Origin: a virus
Lineage: Duplodnaviria; Caudoviricetes
Strand: one strand, 5' to 3'
DNA length: 44,890 nt
Virus record (IMG/VR): IMGVR_UViG_3300037780_000029
Span: 1 to 44,890 of that record
Shown here: piece by piece, positions 28,951-38,122 of the stretch
Position numbering within the stretch: the stretch's first letter is position 1
Layout: each line of letters starts with the position of its first letter
Notes under the pieces: generated by a model
What the model was told of the DNA's origin: nothing
The model's database searches: none
The model's input: only the letters and a program-made list of their open reading frames with translations
Made by a program: the position numbers and the translations under genes

Positions 28951-28991
28951 CGTTTAAGGGAGTTAATTAATCATCAATCAAATTAGAAATT

Positions 28992-29357
28992 ATGGAAATC
29001 ACAGATTATTCGTTTCGCCATCGTACCATTGAAGTTGAGCGCATTGAGGATGGAAATTATGAGCTCATTGAAATATCTGCGGTAGATTTTTTCAAGCACC
29101 TATCAGTTAATACTGATGAGTATCTGTTTGACCAGCGAAAAAATCGACTGGTAAAATATGATGAGGAGGGCTGTTGTTTTGTGATGGAGTGTACCGGAAT
29201 TCCCGGAGAACTGGGAAGGGATATTGTAGAGGAATTATTGGAGATGTTTTTGGAGTCCGATGATTGTGGGGATGAGTGGTTTGTTTCCGGGCCTGTAGAG
29301 CAGGAATCAATTGAGGATGTGGCCCGAGCGGAATGGGCTGCAACTCGTGGTGTGTAG
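28992..29357 (+). CDS. Acidic hypothetical protein
   Basis: Very D/E-rich 121 aa, alone between promoter and terminator. Confidence 0.65.
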   Translation: MEITDYSFRHRTIEVERIEDGNYELIEISAVDFFKHLSVNTDEYLFDQRKNRLVKYDEEGCCFVMECTGIPGELGRDIVEELLEMFLESDDCGDEWFVSGPVEQESIEDVARAEWAATRGV

Positions 29358-29377
29358 AGTATCCATTTTTATATATG

Positions 29378-29407
29378 CCGGGGGGCGGTTGTCTCCCGGT
29401 TTTTTTT
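29378..29407 (+). terminator. Terminator
   Basis: CCGGGGGGC-ggtt-GTCTCCCGG-TTTTTTTT. Confidence 0.75.
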
Positions 29408-29431
29408 CAATCAAAAAAAAAAGGAATTGTC

Positions 29432-30652
29432 ATGTTGAACAATGTAAGTGAGAAAAGTTTGGAGTTTAAAAATGCTTCTTTAGAGGAAGCGATTCAGCGG
29501 CTTAATGATTTAAAGAGCCGGCGGAAAGATATCATCCTGCCGATTCAGGATATGAAAATGAATGATGATGGTGTGGTGGTGATCAAAGATGTGCAGAGTG
29601 ACCATGTGAAGATGTTGGAAGGATTGGGAGTTGATGTGGATGGAGAGTATGTGGAGTTGAAAACCAATGAGGTGGCTGATGAGCAAATTTCCGGCCGGTT
29701 TGATATCCCGCGTAAGTATTGGCAGAGAATGATGAGTGATCATCCGGAATTGGCTGCTCAGAATTTCAATGGGTGGATCAATAAAGAGGTGGCTGAAAAG
29801 GGTGAGTTAAAGAGCCGCCGGATGTTAGTGCGTAGTTATTTGGATGAAGAGGGAGGAGAGAAAGGAGTGATGAGAGCTTTGCTGTCTGACCGGTATTTGG
29901 TCTATGATAATTTGGATATGTTGGCGGTTGCTCTGCAGGCGGTGATGGCTGCCAAAGAGGAGACCGGTGTGAATATTCAGGTAGATACAGTGGACCTTTC
30001 AGAGCGCCGGATGTATGTGCGGTTTATTGTGCCAGAGATTGAGCATCAAGCGAGTGAAGCCCTGAAAAACTACCGTGATCCGGATGGAGGTGCAAATGGT
30101 GGTTTGGGGATATCCAATGGAATCGTTTCCGGTTTTGTCCTGAAAAATAGTGAGGTAGGGAATGGAGCGCTGGCGGTATCTCCGAGAGTTGTGATTTTGG
30201 CTTGCCGGAATGGTATGGTGTGGAAAGAGGAGAGCTTTAAGCGGACTCACTTAGGAGGAAAAATGAGTGAGGGAGAATGGAGCCAGGAAACGCACCGGGC
30301 AAATATCACGCTCATTGAGGAGCAAATGAGAGATCAGATACGGAAGTTTGTTGATCCCGATTACCTTGGTCAGAAAGTGAAAGAGATTGAGGAGATGGCT
30401 GCGCGGAAATTGCAGTACCCTATGGATGCGGTCAACAACTTTTGTGATGCGGGTGGCTTTTCCGACAAGGAGAGAGAGAATGTGTTTGATTGCTTTTTAA
30501 AGCAGGGTGATACATCGTCAGTATTTGCGGTGAGCCAGGCAATGACCAGTTATGCCCATCAAACTGCTCCGGACCGGAGGGAAGAGATTGAAACATTTGC
30601 GACCTCATTGATGGGGATTGCAAACCGGTGTGATGTTCGAAATGAAAAGTAA
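29432..30652 (+). CDS. DUF932-like phage/plasmid protein
   Basis: RALLSDRY..DN, G..LKNSEVG.GA...P....ACRNGM, H.G motifs; ATG 29432. Confidence 0.7.
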   Translation: MLNNVSEKSLEFKNASLEEAIQRLNDLKSRRKDIILPIQDMKMNDDGVVVIKDVQSDHVKMLEGLGVDVDGEYVELKTNEVADEQISGRFDIPRKYWQRMMSDHPELAAQNFNGWINKEVAEKGELKSRRMLVRSYLDEEGGEKGVMRALLSDRYLVYDNLDMLAVALQAVMAAKEETGVNIQVDTVDLSERRMYVRFIVPEIEHQASEALKNYRDPDGGANGGLGISNGIVSGFVLKNSEVGNGALAVSPRVVILACRNGMVWKEESFKRTHLGGKMSEGEWSQETHRANITLIEEQMRDQIRKFVDPDYLGQKVKEIEEMAARKLQYPMDAVNNFCDAGGFSDKERENVFDCFLKQGDTSSVFAVSQAMTSYAHQTAPDRREEIETFATSLMGIANRCDVRNEK

Positions 30653-30662
30653 TTTTTAACCG

Positions 30663-30694
30663 TGGGGGGAGTGTTATAAGCTCTCCCCTATTTT
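30663..30694 (+). terminator. Terminator-like hairpin
   Basis: TGGGGGGAG...CTCTCCCCTA-TTTT. Confidence 0.6.
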
Positions 30695-30706
30695 AATCGC
30701 AAGGAT

Positions 30707-30955
30707 ATGTCATTGAAGGAGAAATTTAAGAAGATTGAAGAGATCAAAGCAGAGGATGGCAAAGGGTGCAATTACAAAGTGCCTGGATCAATCCGGGAAG
30801 TGATCAACCGTTATCAGGAAACATACCATTTGTTGTATGGCAAGCAATTGAGCCTTCCGGATGCGTTGACAATTATGCTTCATAATGGAATGAAGGAAAC
30901 GGAACAAGACATTAAGCGGCTGAATGAGATCATTGATCTTACGAAGCTGGATTAA
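30707..30955 (+). CDS. Small putative DNA-binding protein (ribbon-helix-helix-like)
   Basis: Short strand NYKVP then two helices (SLPDALTIML); fold call is weak. Confidence 0.45.
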   Translation: MSLKEKFKKIEEIKAEDGKGCNYKVPGSIREVINRYQETYHLLYGKQLSLPDALTIMLHNGMKETEQDIKRLNEIIDLTKLD

Positions 30956-30977
30956 TATCACTATCAAAAAAAACGAG

Positions 30978-31913
30978 ATGAGCAATCAAAAGAATTTACC
31001 GGCAAGTATCTCCATTTTCAAGGATGAAAAGGTAAGGAAAAAGTTTGAGGAGATGTTGGATAACCGGGCGGGGATGTTCCTTAGCACAGTGATTCAGGTG
31101 GTCAACAGTAGTTACCGGTTGCAGAAAGCAGAGCCGGAGAGTGTATTGAGTGCGGCAGCGGAAGCGGCTGTATTGAATTTGTCATTAAACCCGAACTTAG
31201 GGCAAGCGTACATAATCCCGTATAACATCAAACGGAAGAAAAGCAATGGCAAATTTGAGGTGGTGGTGGTAGCTCAGTTTCAGATTGGTTACAAAGGCTT
31301 TATCCAATTGGCTCAGCGTTCGGGGATGTTCAAAAAGATGACCGCGATCCCGGTATTTGAGGGGCAGTTTGTGAGTTGGAACCCGTTGACGGAGGAGCTT
31401 GTGATGGATTGGACCGGAGCGAAAGACCGGATTGTTGGGTATGCGTTTTATTTCCGTTTGGTTAATCAGTTTGAGAAAACGGTTTACTGGACTAAAGAGG
31501 AAGTGAATGCCCATGCCAAAAAGTATTCGAAAAGTTATGGAGGGCAGAACTCTATTTGGGAGGATGAGATGGGAGAGATTGCCATGAGCATGAAAACGGT
31601 GATCAAAAATACCCTTTCAAAATATGGGCCGATGTCAATTGATGACACGGATTTGGCGAGAGCGTTGAAATCTGATCAGGCGCAGATTTTAGAGGGAGAG
31701 CAGGTGAGGTATGTTGACAATGAGAGAGGATCATTGGAGGCTGAAAAATATGAGAGTGAAAGGAACCGGCTGCTATCTGCCATTGATTCGGCTGAGAGTG
31801 TGAATTTTTTGGAGGAAACGTTGGCCCCTTATGTGGATCAATTTGGAGTACAGGATGAATTTGATAACAAGCTGTTAGAATTGCAGCACAAAGAGGAAGA
31901 AAATGAAGGGTAA
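30978..31913 (+). CDS. recT: RecT-family single-strand annealing recombinase
   Basis: AA.LNL.LNPNLGQAYIIPY, AQFQIGYKGFIQLAQRSG, M.MKTVIK. Confidence 0.92.
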   Translation: MSNQKNLPASISIFKDEKVRKKFEEMLDNRAGMFLSTVIQVVNSSYRLQKAEPESVLSAAAEAAVLNLSLNPNLGQAYIIPYNIKRKKSNGKFEVVVVAQFQIGYKGFIQLAQRSGMFKKMTAIPVFEGQFVSWNPLTEELVMDWTGAKDRIVGYAFYFRLVNQFEKTVYWTKEEVNAHAKKYSKSYGGQNSIWEDEMGEIAMSMKTVIKNTLSKYGPMSIDDTDLARALKSDQAQILEGEQVRYVDNERGSLEAEKYESERNRLLSAIDSAESVNFLEETLAPYVDQFGVQDEFDNKLLELQHKEEENEG

Positions 31914-32781
31914 AAAGAAATTGCCGCCACGGATTCAAAAGGATCATGTTTTATTCCGGGCATCGTCAGCGGGTGCATTGATGGTGGGAGGAAGTGGATG
32001 GAGTGAAAAGGATGAGGAGAAATTGGTGGAATTGAGGGAGAGGAAAGAGGGAGTTTATAAAGGTAAATTAGGATTCACATCAACGCTGAACCAGCGGATG
32101 TTGACCAAGATGGAGAAGCAGAAAAAAGCCATTAAAGATGCCGGAGGCTTCATCTTAGGTAAGACCGCAAAAACAATGATTGAGGATTTGTTTGTGGGGC
32201 TGAATTATCAGGCGATTGAGCCGGTGGTGACTCCTCAAATGTTGAAGGGCCATGCGGTGGAATCGGATAGCGTAAAGTTACATGATCAGGTTTTTCCGGA
32301 AAAGGGGCAGTACCGGGCATTGTACCGGGATGGGCGTAAGTTTAATGAGTGGTTTATAGGTAAGCCAGATTTGCTATTGCCGAAGATTGTGGAGGATTAC
32401 AAAAGCAGTTGGAACCTTTTGACTTTCTTCCGCATCAGGGAGGAGGGATTGAACCCGCTGTATTTTGGACAGGGGCAGGTGTATATGGACATTTTCAAAA
32501 AGGAAGTTTTTAGGCTCGTTTATTGCCTGGTAAGTACTCCGGCTTGGATTTTAGAGGGAGAGGAAAAGAGGCTGTTTGCGAAATTCGGGTATGAAGATAC
32601 AGAGGATTACCAAGAGGCTGTGGCCCAGCTTCACTCTGTGCATATTGTTGATCATATCCCGGCGGAGCATCGGGTGAAGGTCTTTGAATTTGAAAGGGAT
32701 GATGAGTATTTGAGGGAATTGAAATACCGGGTAAAATATGCCAGAGAATACTATGATACTTTGAGTTTGAATATGAAATGA
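31903..32781 (+). CDS. YqaJ/lambda-exonuclease-like PD-(D/E)xK nuclease
   Basis: ASS, M.KG...E, G.PD, DYKSSW, Q.Q.YM; adjacent to RecT. Confidence 0.8.
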   Translation: MKGKKKLPPRIQKDHVLFRASSAGALMVGGSGWSEKDEEKLVELRERKEGVYKGKLGFTSTLNQRMLTKMEKQKKAIKDAGGFILGKTAKTMIEDLFVGLNYQAIEPVVTPQMLKGHAVESDSVKLHDQVFPEKGQYRALYRDGRKFNEWFIGKPDLLLPKIVEDYKSSWNLLTFFRIREEGLNPLYFGQGQVYMDIFKKEVFRLVYCLVSTPAWILEGEEKRLFAKFGYEDTEDYQEAVAQLHSVHIVDHIPAEHRVKVFEFERDDEYLRELKYRVKYAREYYDTLSLNMK

Positions 32782-32802
32782 TTTTTTAACCAAAAAGAGT
32801 GA

Positions 32803-32997
32803 GTGATGTGGAATCAATCTGATGAAGAAAGGAAAAGGGAGCGGAGAGATGAGGAGGAGTATTATGATATGAAGCACCGGAAAAGAACAGAGGAGGCGGG
32901 ACCTGTTTTGGTTGCGTTTTTTCTGATCTGTTTTATCTTCTTTGTTTCATTGTTTGTGAAGCACTTAATGGACATCGGATGGTTAAAATTACCGTAA
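32803..32997 (+). CDS. Small membrane protein
   Basis: Charged N-terminus, one hydrophobic segment. Confidence 0.55.
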   Translation: MMWNQSDEERKRERRDEEEYYDMKHRKRTEEAGPVLVAFFLICFIFFVSLFVKHLMDIGWLKLP

Positions 32998-33200
32998 TGG
33001 ATTTACTGATGATGGGGAGAGATGAGCTGAAAAGCAATAAGCTCTTCCCTGATCAGGGAGCAATTGAGAAAATAAGCATAGCGATTCATTTGCTGGAAAT
33101 TGGCTATCATTTGGATAGCGATGTGTTGGCATTGATAAGCATGTTTGATGTTGAATCTGCGTGGGATATCCCCGCGAACAAACTACCTTTTTATGATTGA
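32997..33200 (+). CDS. Hypothetical protein
   Basis: TAATG coupling with upstream gene. Confidence 0.5.
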   Translation: MDLLMMGRDELKSNKLFPDQGAIEKISIAIHLLEIGYHLDSDVLALISMFDVESAWDIPANKLPFYD

Positions 33201-33519
33201 TGTAAAGTTTGATATTAGAGAATTAAGTGTGATCAGTAAGGCGCTTTTACAGCGAATGATCTCTTTACCGATTACTCACCCGGAGCCTGCGGTAATTAAC
33301 CAAGTGGCAAAGAAGATTGAAAAAGCTACTTTGGGAGGACAAGCAAAGGTGATGAGGTATTTGGTTGTACCAAAAGACAGAGAGGTTTTTATGTCTTTTC
33401 TTTTCGAACCGGAAAATAATTGGAGTGATGATCATTTGGTGGCAGTAATTGATCTCCATAGAATGCTGGTGATGAAAGATGGAGAGAGGTGGGAAGAGAT
33501 TGAAATGGATAACCTTTAA
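33193..33519 (+). CDS. Hypothetical protein
   Basis: ATG 33193 overlapping the upstream gene end. Confidence 0.55.
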   Translation: MIDVKFDIRELSVISKALLQRMISLPITHPEPAVINQVAKKIEKATLGGQAKVMRYLVVPKDREVFMSFLFEPENNWSDDHLVAVIDLHRMLVMKDGERWEEIEMDNL

Positions 33520-33526
33520 AATATGA

Positions 33527-33871
33527 ATGATGAAAGATGGTTGCATTGAGATACCGATCAAAAAGAAATGGTTTGATATGATCCGGGAAGGGATCAAAAA
33601 AGAGGAGTACCGGGACATCAAAAAATATTGGATATCTCGTTTGATCCGGAAGGATATGAGAGGAAAGTATTTAAAGCCTGGAGTCAATTACAAGAGAGAG
33701 GGTTTGGATGCTATTGTTTTTGTGAATGGTTATGGAGCGTTAAAGCCGAGAGTGAAAGTAAAGGTGAAGAGTGTAAAGATCAAAGAAGTAAAAAAGGAAT
33801 GGGCACCGGAAGGGATGGGAGGAATGTGGTTTGCGATTGAATTGGGAGATATTATTTGGGAGGAGTTATAA
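33527..33871 (+). CDS. ASCH-domain protein
   Basis: IKKKWFDMI.EG.K.EEYR (GxKxxExR) and F.NGY. Confidence 0.85.
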   Translation: MMKDGCIEIPIKKKWFDMIREGIKKEEYRDIKKYWISRLIRKDMRGKYLKPGVNYKREGLDAIVFVNGYGALKPRVKVKVKSVKIKEVKKEWAPEGMGGMWFAIELGDIIWEEL

Positions 33872-33877
33872 CGGGGG

Positions 33878-33915
33878 CTTTTATTTGTGATCGTTTGTGT
33901 TTATATTTGTTATTA
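33878..33915 (+). promoter_or_regulatory. Bacteroidota-type promoter P4
   Basis: TATATTTG at 33902-33909, intergenic. Confidence 0.65.
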
Positions 33916-33940
33916 TTCGTTAATCAAAAAGAAATTGAAG

Positions 33941-34123
33941 ATGAAAGACAAAGGAATTGTACCTATTGAGGGCGGTGGGAAAGCCCCTAAAGGACCAGAG
34001 TGGAAAGATGTTTTGAAGTATGAAGAGAGAAAGCAAAAGGGGAAGAGGCCGAGGGTGAGGAAAAAAAAGGCCATCAATACCAGGACGGGAAGATGGAAGG
34101 ATGTGCCAAAGAATTTATTTTAG
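33941..34123 (+). CDS. Small basic protein
   Basis: ATG 33941, 19 nt after start of the AATCAAAAAG box. Confidence 0.55.
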   Translation: MKDKGIVPIEGGGKAPKGPEWKDVLKYEERKQKGKRPRVRKKKAINTRTGRWKDVPKNLF

Positions 34124-34140
34124 GGTGATGGGGGAATTTC

Positions 34141-34174
34141 GGGAGGTGGGGTACTGCCCTGCTTCCCTTTTTTT
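34141..34174 (+). terminator. Terminator
   Basis: GGGAGGTGGGG-tactg-CCCTGCTTCCC-TTTTTTT. Confidence 0.7.
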
Positions 34175-34192
34175 AATCAAAAAAGAATTAAG

Positions 34193-34351
34193 ATGAAATT
34201 GTGGTTTTTAGTGTTCGGGATAATTTATTGCTTCCTACAGATGATATCTCCAAAGAAAAGAGGAAAGAATGGAGAGGTGGTGATTACTCATTATTTTTGG
34301 TTGATCATTGTTCAGGTGGTGATATGGGGAATGGCTAATTTTTATTGTTAA
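34193..34351 (+). CDS. 52-aa two-helix membrane peptide (absent from ORF track)
   Basis: MKLWFLVFGIIYCFLQMISPKKRGKNGEVVITHYFWLIIVQVVIWGMANFYC; AATCAAAAAAG box upstream. Confidence 0.6.
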   Translation: MKLWFLVFGIIYCFLQMISPKKRGKNGEVVITHYFWLIIVQVVIWGMANFYC

Positions 34352-34368
34352 TCAAAGAAGATTTTGAA

Positions 34369-34782
34369 ATGGAAAAGAGAGCAGTAAAGGTAAAAGGGAA
34401 AAAGTTTTTTGTAGATGAGCTGAAGTGTTGCCCGTTCTGCGGGAATGATGCCACGTTGGCGGTATCAAGCACGGAAGAGCCTACGTCACCGGTTTATGTT
34501 AATGCGATGTGCGTTGAATGTGCTGCTAATATTTGCGGTAGCGATTTTAATGGGAATGGGAAACGAATTGTTGATTCGATAGTGAAGAAATGGAATAAGC
34601 GTAATGATAAAAGCCGGGTAGTTCAAATGGAGGTGTACAATAAATTGTGGGATGTGTATTGTGATTTAAAGGAGGAAATGGAAAAGATTCAGGAGAAAGG
34701 GAAAGGGTATCAAAGGTTTTATGAAGAGATGAGAGATCAGGTGTTGAATTTTAAAATGGATGCAAATGAGCCAGGAGAGTAA
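34369..34782 (+). CDS. Lar-like (restriction alleviation) zinc-finger protein
   Basis: ELKCCPFCG...CVECAA...KWNKR. Confidence 0.65.
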   Translation: MEKRAVKVKGKKFFVDELKCCPFCGNDATLAVSSTEEPTSPVYVNAMCVECAANICGSDFNGNGKRIVDSIVKKWNKRNDKSRVVQMEVYNKLWDVYCDLKEEMEKIQEKGKGYQRFYEEMRDQVLNFKMDANEPGE

Positions 34783-35824
34783 AGAATTTGGAGCCGGAGA
34801 AAATCACAGCTATAATGTGAACGTAGCGGCACTGTTTAAGAATCCCGGAAAGGCGGTGATTTTGAAAGAGATGGCCCGTAGTTATCTATATTACCGGAGA
34901 ATGGAGGTAAATGAAAAGGATGGGTTTTATTGGTTCTTTATCCGGATGGGAAAACTTGATAAGTTGTACCCGGAGTATAGCAGGCAATCTATCTACCGAT
35001 GGGTAAAAGAGTTTGAGGAGTTGTGTTTGGTTGCTTCTCGCTCTGACATGAATCAGCATGGGTATGATCGAACAAGGTGGTTTACCGTAAACATTGAGGC
35101 ATACCGCTCATTGGAGAGAGGTGAGGATCATTGGTTGGAGTCGGATAAAGAATTGAAAACGGGGCTTTATTCAGATTGGTATAAAAGAGTGCTGAAAGCC
35201 TTGGAAAACACCAATTCTCAATCTGAGAAATGCAATTCTCAATCTGAGAACACCAATTCTCAATCTGAGAAATGCAATTCTCAAAATGGAACCACGATAC
35301 ATCCTCTAATAAATCCTCCGTTAAATCCTCCGTTAAATCCTCATAATGTTGACCAGGGTGGTCAACGGTCTTTTGATCTTCCGTTAGAGGAGAAAGTGAA
35401 AAAAGGAAAGAAGAAAGTAAAAGAGGAACTGATCAAAGATGCTCAGGAGGTGTTGCGATGTTTGAATGAAACAGCGGGAAGAGGTTTTGCTGTATCTTTG
35501 GAAGAGCTTGGAGGAGAGGGAAATGTGATGAAGGTGGTGAAGTTGATGAAGAGAGGAGCGAGCAGGGAGGTGTTGGAGCTGATGATAATGTATAAATGTT
35601 TTGAGTGGATGGGGGGAGACATGGAAAAGTATTTGCAGCCATCTACACTGTTTGGAGGTAAAGCGATGGCCTATATACAGCAAGCAAAAGAGGCGGAAGG
35701 CAATCCGAATTTTGCAAGAGCAGTAAAAAGGTTTAAGGATAAGGAGTTAAGGGCTCAGAATGGAGGCAAAAGGATGGGAGGAGATATCAGCCGTAGTGTT
35801 GCAGAACGTTTAAAATCTTGGTGA
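34760..35824 (+). CDS. Replication initiator (lambda O-like organisation)
   Basis: N-terminal winged-helix-like region (YDRTRWF), central iterons, C-terminal KYLQPSTLFG motif. Confidence 0.8.
   Translation: MQMSQESKEFGAGENHSYNVNVAALFKNPGKAVILKEMARSYLYYRRMEVNEKDGFYWFFIRMGKLDKLYPEYSRQSIYRWVKEFEELCLVASRSDMNQHGYDRTRWFTVNIEAYRSLERGEDHWLESDKELKTGLYSDWYKRVLKALENTNSQSEKCNSQSENTNSQSEKCNSQNGTTIHPLINPPLNPPLNPHNVDQGGQRSFDLPLEEKVKKGKKKVKEELIKDAQEVLRCLNETAGRGFAVSLEELGGEGNVMKVVKLMKRGASREVLELMIMYKCFEWMGGDMEKYLQPSTLFGGKAMAYIQQAKEAEGNPNFARAVKRFKDKELRAQNGGKRMGGDISRSVAERLKSW
35212..35348. repeat. Iteron array, probable replication origin
   Basis: Three full plus one partial 21-bp CAATTCTCAATCTGAGAAnnn units, then about four 12-bp AATCCTCCGTTA-like units. 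Confidence 0.8.
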
Positions 35825-36645
35825 TGAAAAATGAGATTGTAAAAAAGGGAGTGAGTGATGTTGGGCCTATTGGAAAGAATGTTCTCAATGTTCTCCGAGA
35901 GAATTGGAAAGAGATGGAGAGAGAGGTGGATAAGACTGTGTTGGATGATGATGGAGTGGCGAGGATAAAAAAGGTGGTGATAAAGGTTGCAAGCCCAAAC
36001 AAAGCCAGGAATGCCGGGAAGCCTGCGGAGCTGTTTTATCGGTTTGCTGGGTTGATCAAAGATGAGGAGGATAAGGAGCGGATAAATAAGATCATCCGGG
36101 CAGGAGTGTTTTGTGTGGATCGAGCATTGAGAGTCTTTGAGGTAGCACCAAAAATTGCAGTGGACCGGAAGATAAAGCCGACCAATTTTGATCAGGCGAA
36201 GGAATTGAATAGCCCAAGTATTGCCAGCATGGTGATGTATAAAGGTGAGCAAAAAACCATTGATCTCATTTTTTATATGTTGGAGGGATTGGTGAAAAAG
36301 TTTGGGAGCCGTAATGATCTCACAGAAGAGGATCAGTTAGAATTGGCGGAGGATATTGTTACGCAGTTTAAGATGTTGAAGATTGCGGAGATAAAAATGG
36401 CTTTTGTGTTGGGGATGAGGAAAAAGAAGGTTTTTAAATTGGATTACCCGACCGTAATATCATGGCTGGCTGAGATTGAAGAGGAGCGGCATCATTGGGC
36501 ATCAAATAAAGCGTTAAATGAGCATTTATCAGAGGTGAGCCATGAGAAGCAAAGGAGGGAGAGAGAAGTGAAAAGGATGGAGCCAGGGGATCAGGCGATA
36601 AAGGAATATTTAAAAGGGATGGGAAAAGACAGGAGCAATGGGTGA
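35818..36645 (+). CDS. Helical protein following initiator, possible helicase loader
   Basis: Position; ELAEDI......LKIAEI..AF pattern; function is inference. Confidence 0.5.
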   Translation: MVMKNEIVKKGVSDVGPIGKNVLNVLRENWKEMEREVDKTVLDDDGVARIKKVVIKVASPNKARNAGKPAELFYRFAGLIKDEEDKERINKIIRAGVFCVDRALRVFEVAPKIAVDRKIKPTNFDQAKELNSPSIASMVMYKGEQKTIDLIFYMLEGLVKKFGSRNDLTEEDQLELAEDIVTQFKMLKIAEIKMAFVLGMRKKKVFKLDYPTVISWLAEIEEERHHWASNKALNEHLSEVSHEKQRREREVKRMEPGDQAIKEYLKGMGKDRSNG

Positions 36646-37024
36646 TCTTCCGGAGTATTGGATGAGGTTTTATAGATCGAATGAGGAGGCGGAGAGAGAT
36701 GTTGAGAGGATGAATTTAAAAGCATCAATATCTCTGCCAAAGCATAGTTTGGTAAGAATGAAAAACCATTACCATACATTGCAGTATTTAGGGGATAAGA
36801 ATGGGAGTAGTTTTTTGACATGGGATTCTTATTTTGATTGTGAGGGAGAGGGGTGGGAGCACCCATTGGTATTTAGTGTACCGACAAAGATTTTCCGGAA
36901 GGAATGGAAAAGGAGTTTGAATGACACTAGATTACCGAGAGGGTATTTTGATGATGAAATGATTTGCCAGGAATCAGGGCAAATAAAGTTGTTTGAATCA
37001 TTTATTAATCAGAAAAGAGATTGA
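36638..37024 (+). CDS. Hypothetical protein
   Basis: Overlapping packed ORF. Confidence 0.55.
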   Translation: MGDLPEYWMRFYRSNEEAERDVERMNLKASISLPKHSLVRMKNHYHTLQYLGDKNGSSFLTWDSYFDCEGEGWEHPLVFSVPTKIFRKEWKRSLNDTRLPRGYFDDEMICQESGQIKLFESFINQKRD

Positions 37025-37027
37025 ATT

Positions 37028-37327
37028 ATGTTTCATTGGAATGAGAATGGAGTTTGTGTGAATGCGGAGAGAGAAGTTGTGGAGGATGGGAAAAAGTTTT
37101 ACCTAGCGTTAAAGTTCGCGGAAAAGGATGGGCGGTGGTATACTGGCTATGATTTCCGGAAACATTATGGAAATTACCATGGTGCGGGAACTTACCCGGG
37201 ATTATCCGGGAAAAGTTATGGATCAAAAAAAGAAGCGCGGGAGAGTTTGATTGAGTGGGCAAAAACATGGGAGGAGGATGCAAAGCCATATTTTGAAAGA
37301 TGTAATCAATTAACACTATTCATATGA
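37028..37327 (+). CDS. Hypothetical protein
   Basis: AATCAGAAAAG box upstream; ends in QLTLF. Confidence 0.6.
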   Translation: MFHWNENGVCVNAEREVVEDGKKFYLALKFAEKDGRWYTGYDFRKHYGNYHGAGTYPGLSGKSYGSKKEARESLIEWAKTWEEDAKPYFERCNQLTLFI

Positions 37328-37746
37328 AAATTTTGGTAGTACAGGAGAGCCAGAGGACATTCAATCTATCAGCTGATATTGATATCCCGGTAAATGGAAA
37401 AGAGAGGAGCATTGATGGCACAATGGTCTTTATGCCTAAAAGTGATGGGAATTCAAATGGCAGTATCTCCATTAAATTAAAATCCGGAGCGATCAGTTTA
37501 GACCCGGACGAGAAAGCGGAGGTTTTGAAAACTATTGCGGCTGCTTTTGAGGAGGCGTATGATGCGTATTTGGATAAGGCGGTAGCTCATCGAGAGAACC
37601 AAAGCCCCGGACAAGTGAGCCTGTTGGATGGGTATGAGGAAGAGGAGGAACAGGAGGAAGAAAAAGAGCCGGCGAAGAGAGGCCGGAAGAAAAAAGAACC
37701 GAAAGGAAGTGCCGCCGGAGATGATGGGCTAGGCATTTCTTTGTAA
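37324..37746 (+). CDS. Hypothetical protein with acidic/basic tail
   Basis: ATGA coupling; QVSLL then E-rich and K-rich tail. Confidence 0.6.
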   Translation: MKILVVQESQRTFNLSADIDIPVNGKERSIDGTMVFMPKSDGNSNGSISIKLKSGAISLDPDEKAEVLKTIAAAFEEAYDAYLDKAVAHRENQSPGQVSLLDGYEEEEEQEEEKEPAKRGRKKKEPKGSAAGDDGLGISL

Positions 37747-37769
37747 GATCAACCTACGTTTTCTTTTAT

Positions 37770-37799
37770 GGGGGCTGCCAACAAAAGGCGGCTCCTTTT
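37770..37799 (+). terminator. Terminator-like hairpin
   Basis: GGGGCTGCC-aacaaaa-GGCGGCTCC-TTTT. Confidence 0.6.
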
Positions 37800-37817
37800 A
37801 AAAAAAAAGAGGGAGTT

Positions 37818-38117
37818 ATGAAAATACATGAGATATTGAAAGTCCTGCAGAAGATGGGATTTGAGATCAATGATCCGGAAGATATCAGGAAATTGTCAAT
37901 TGCTTGCAGTGAGATTATTGAGAGAGAAATGGATCAAAGGAAAGAGAGGTTAAGGATTGGCAGCAAGATCTTTTCATCAATGATTGAAAAGCCCAAAAGT
38001 GAGGATGAGATTTATGATGCAGAGTTGATAAAAAAGGATTTGAAATTGATGCGAAAGTCCTTAGAGATGGCGGATATTATGATCCGTATTAATGACACTT
38101 TTAATCACGAAAATTGA
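37818..38117 (+). CDS. Hypothetical protein
   Basis: Helical 99 aa ORF with A-rich leader. Confidence 0.55.
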   Translation: MKIHEILKVLQKMGFEINDPEDIRKLSIACSEIIEREMDQRKERLRIGSKIFSSMIEKPKSEDEIYDAELIKKDLKLMRKSLEMADIMIRINDTFNHEN

Positions 38118-38122
38118 ATGAT

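Noticed and set aside
35212-35292. Possible CRISPR array
   Set aside because: Repeats are contiguous with only 3-nt variable parts, in frame within a gene, and no cas genes are present; they fit iterons
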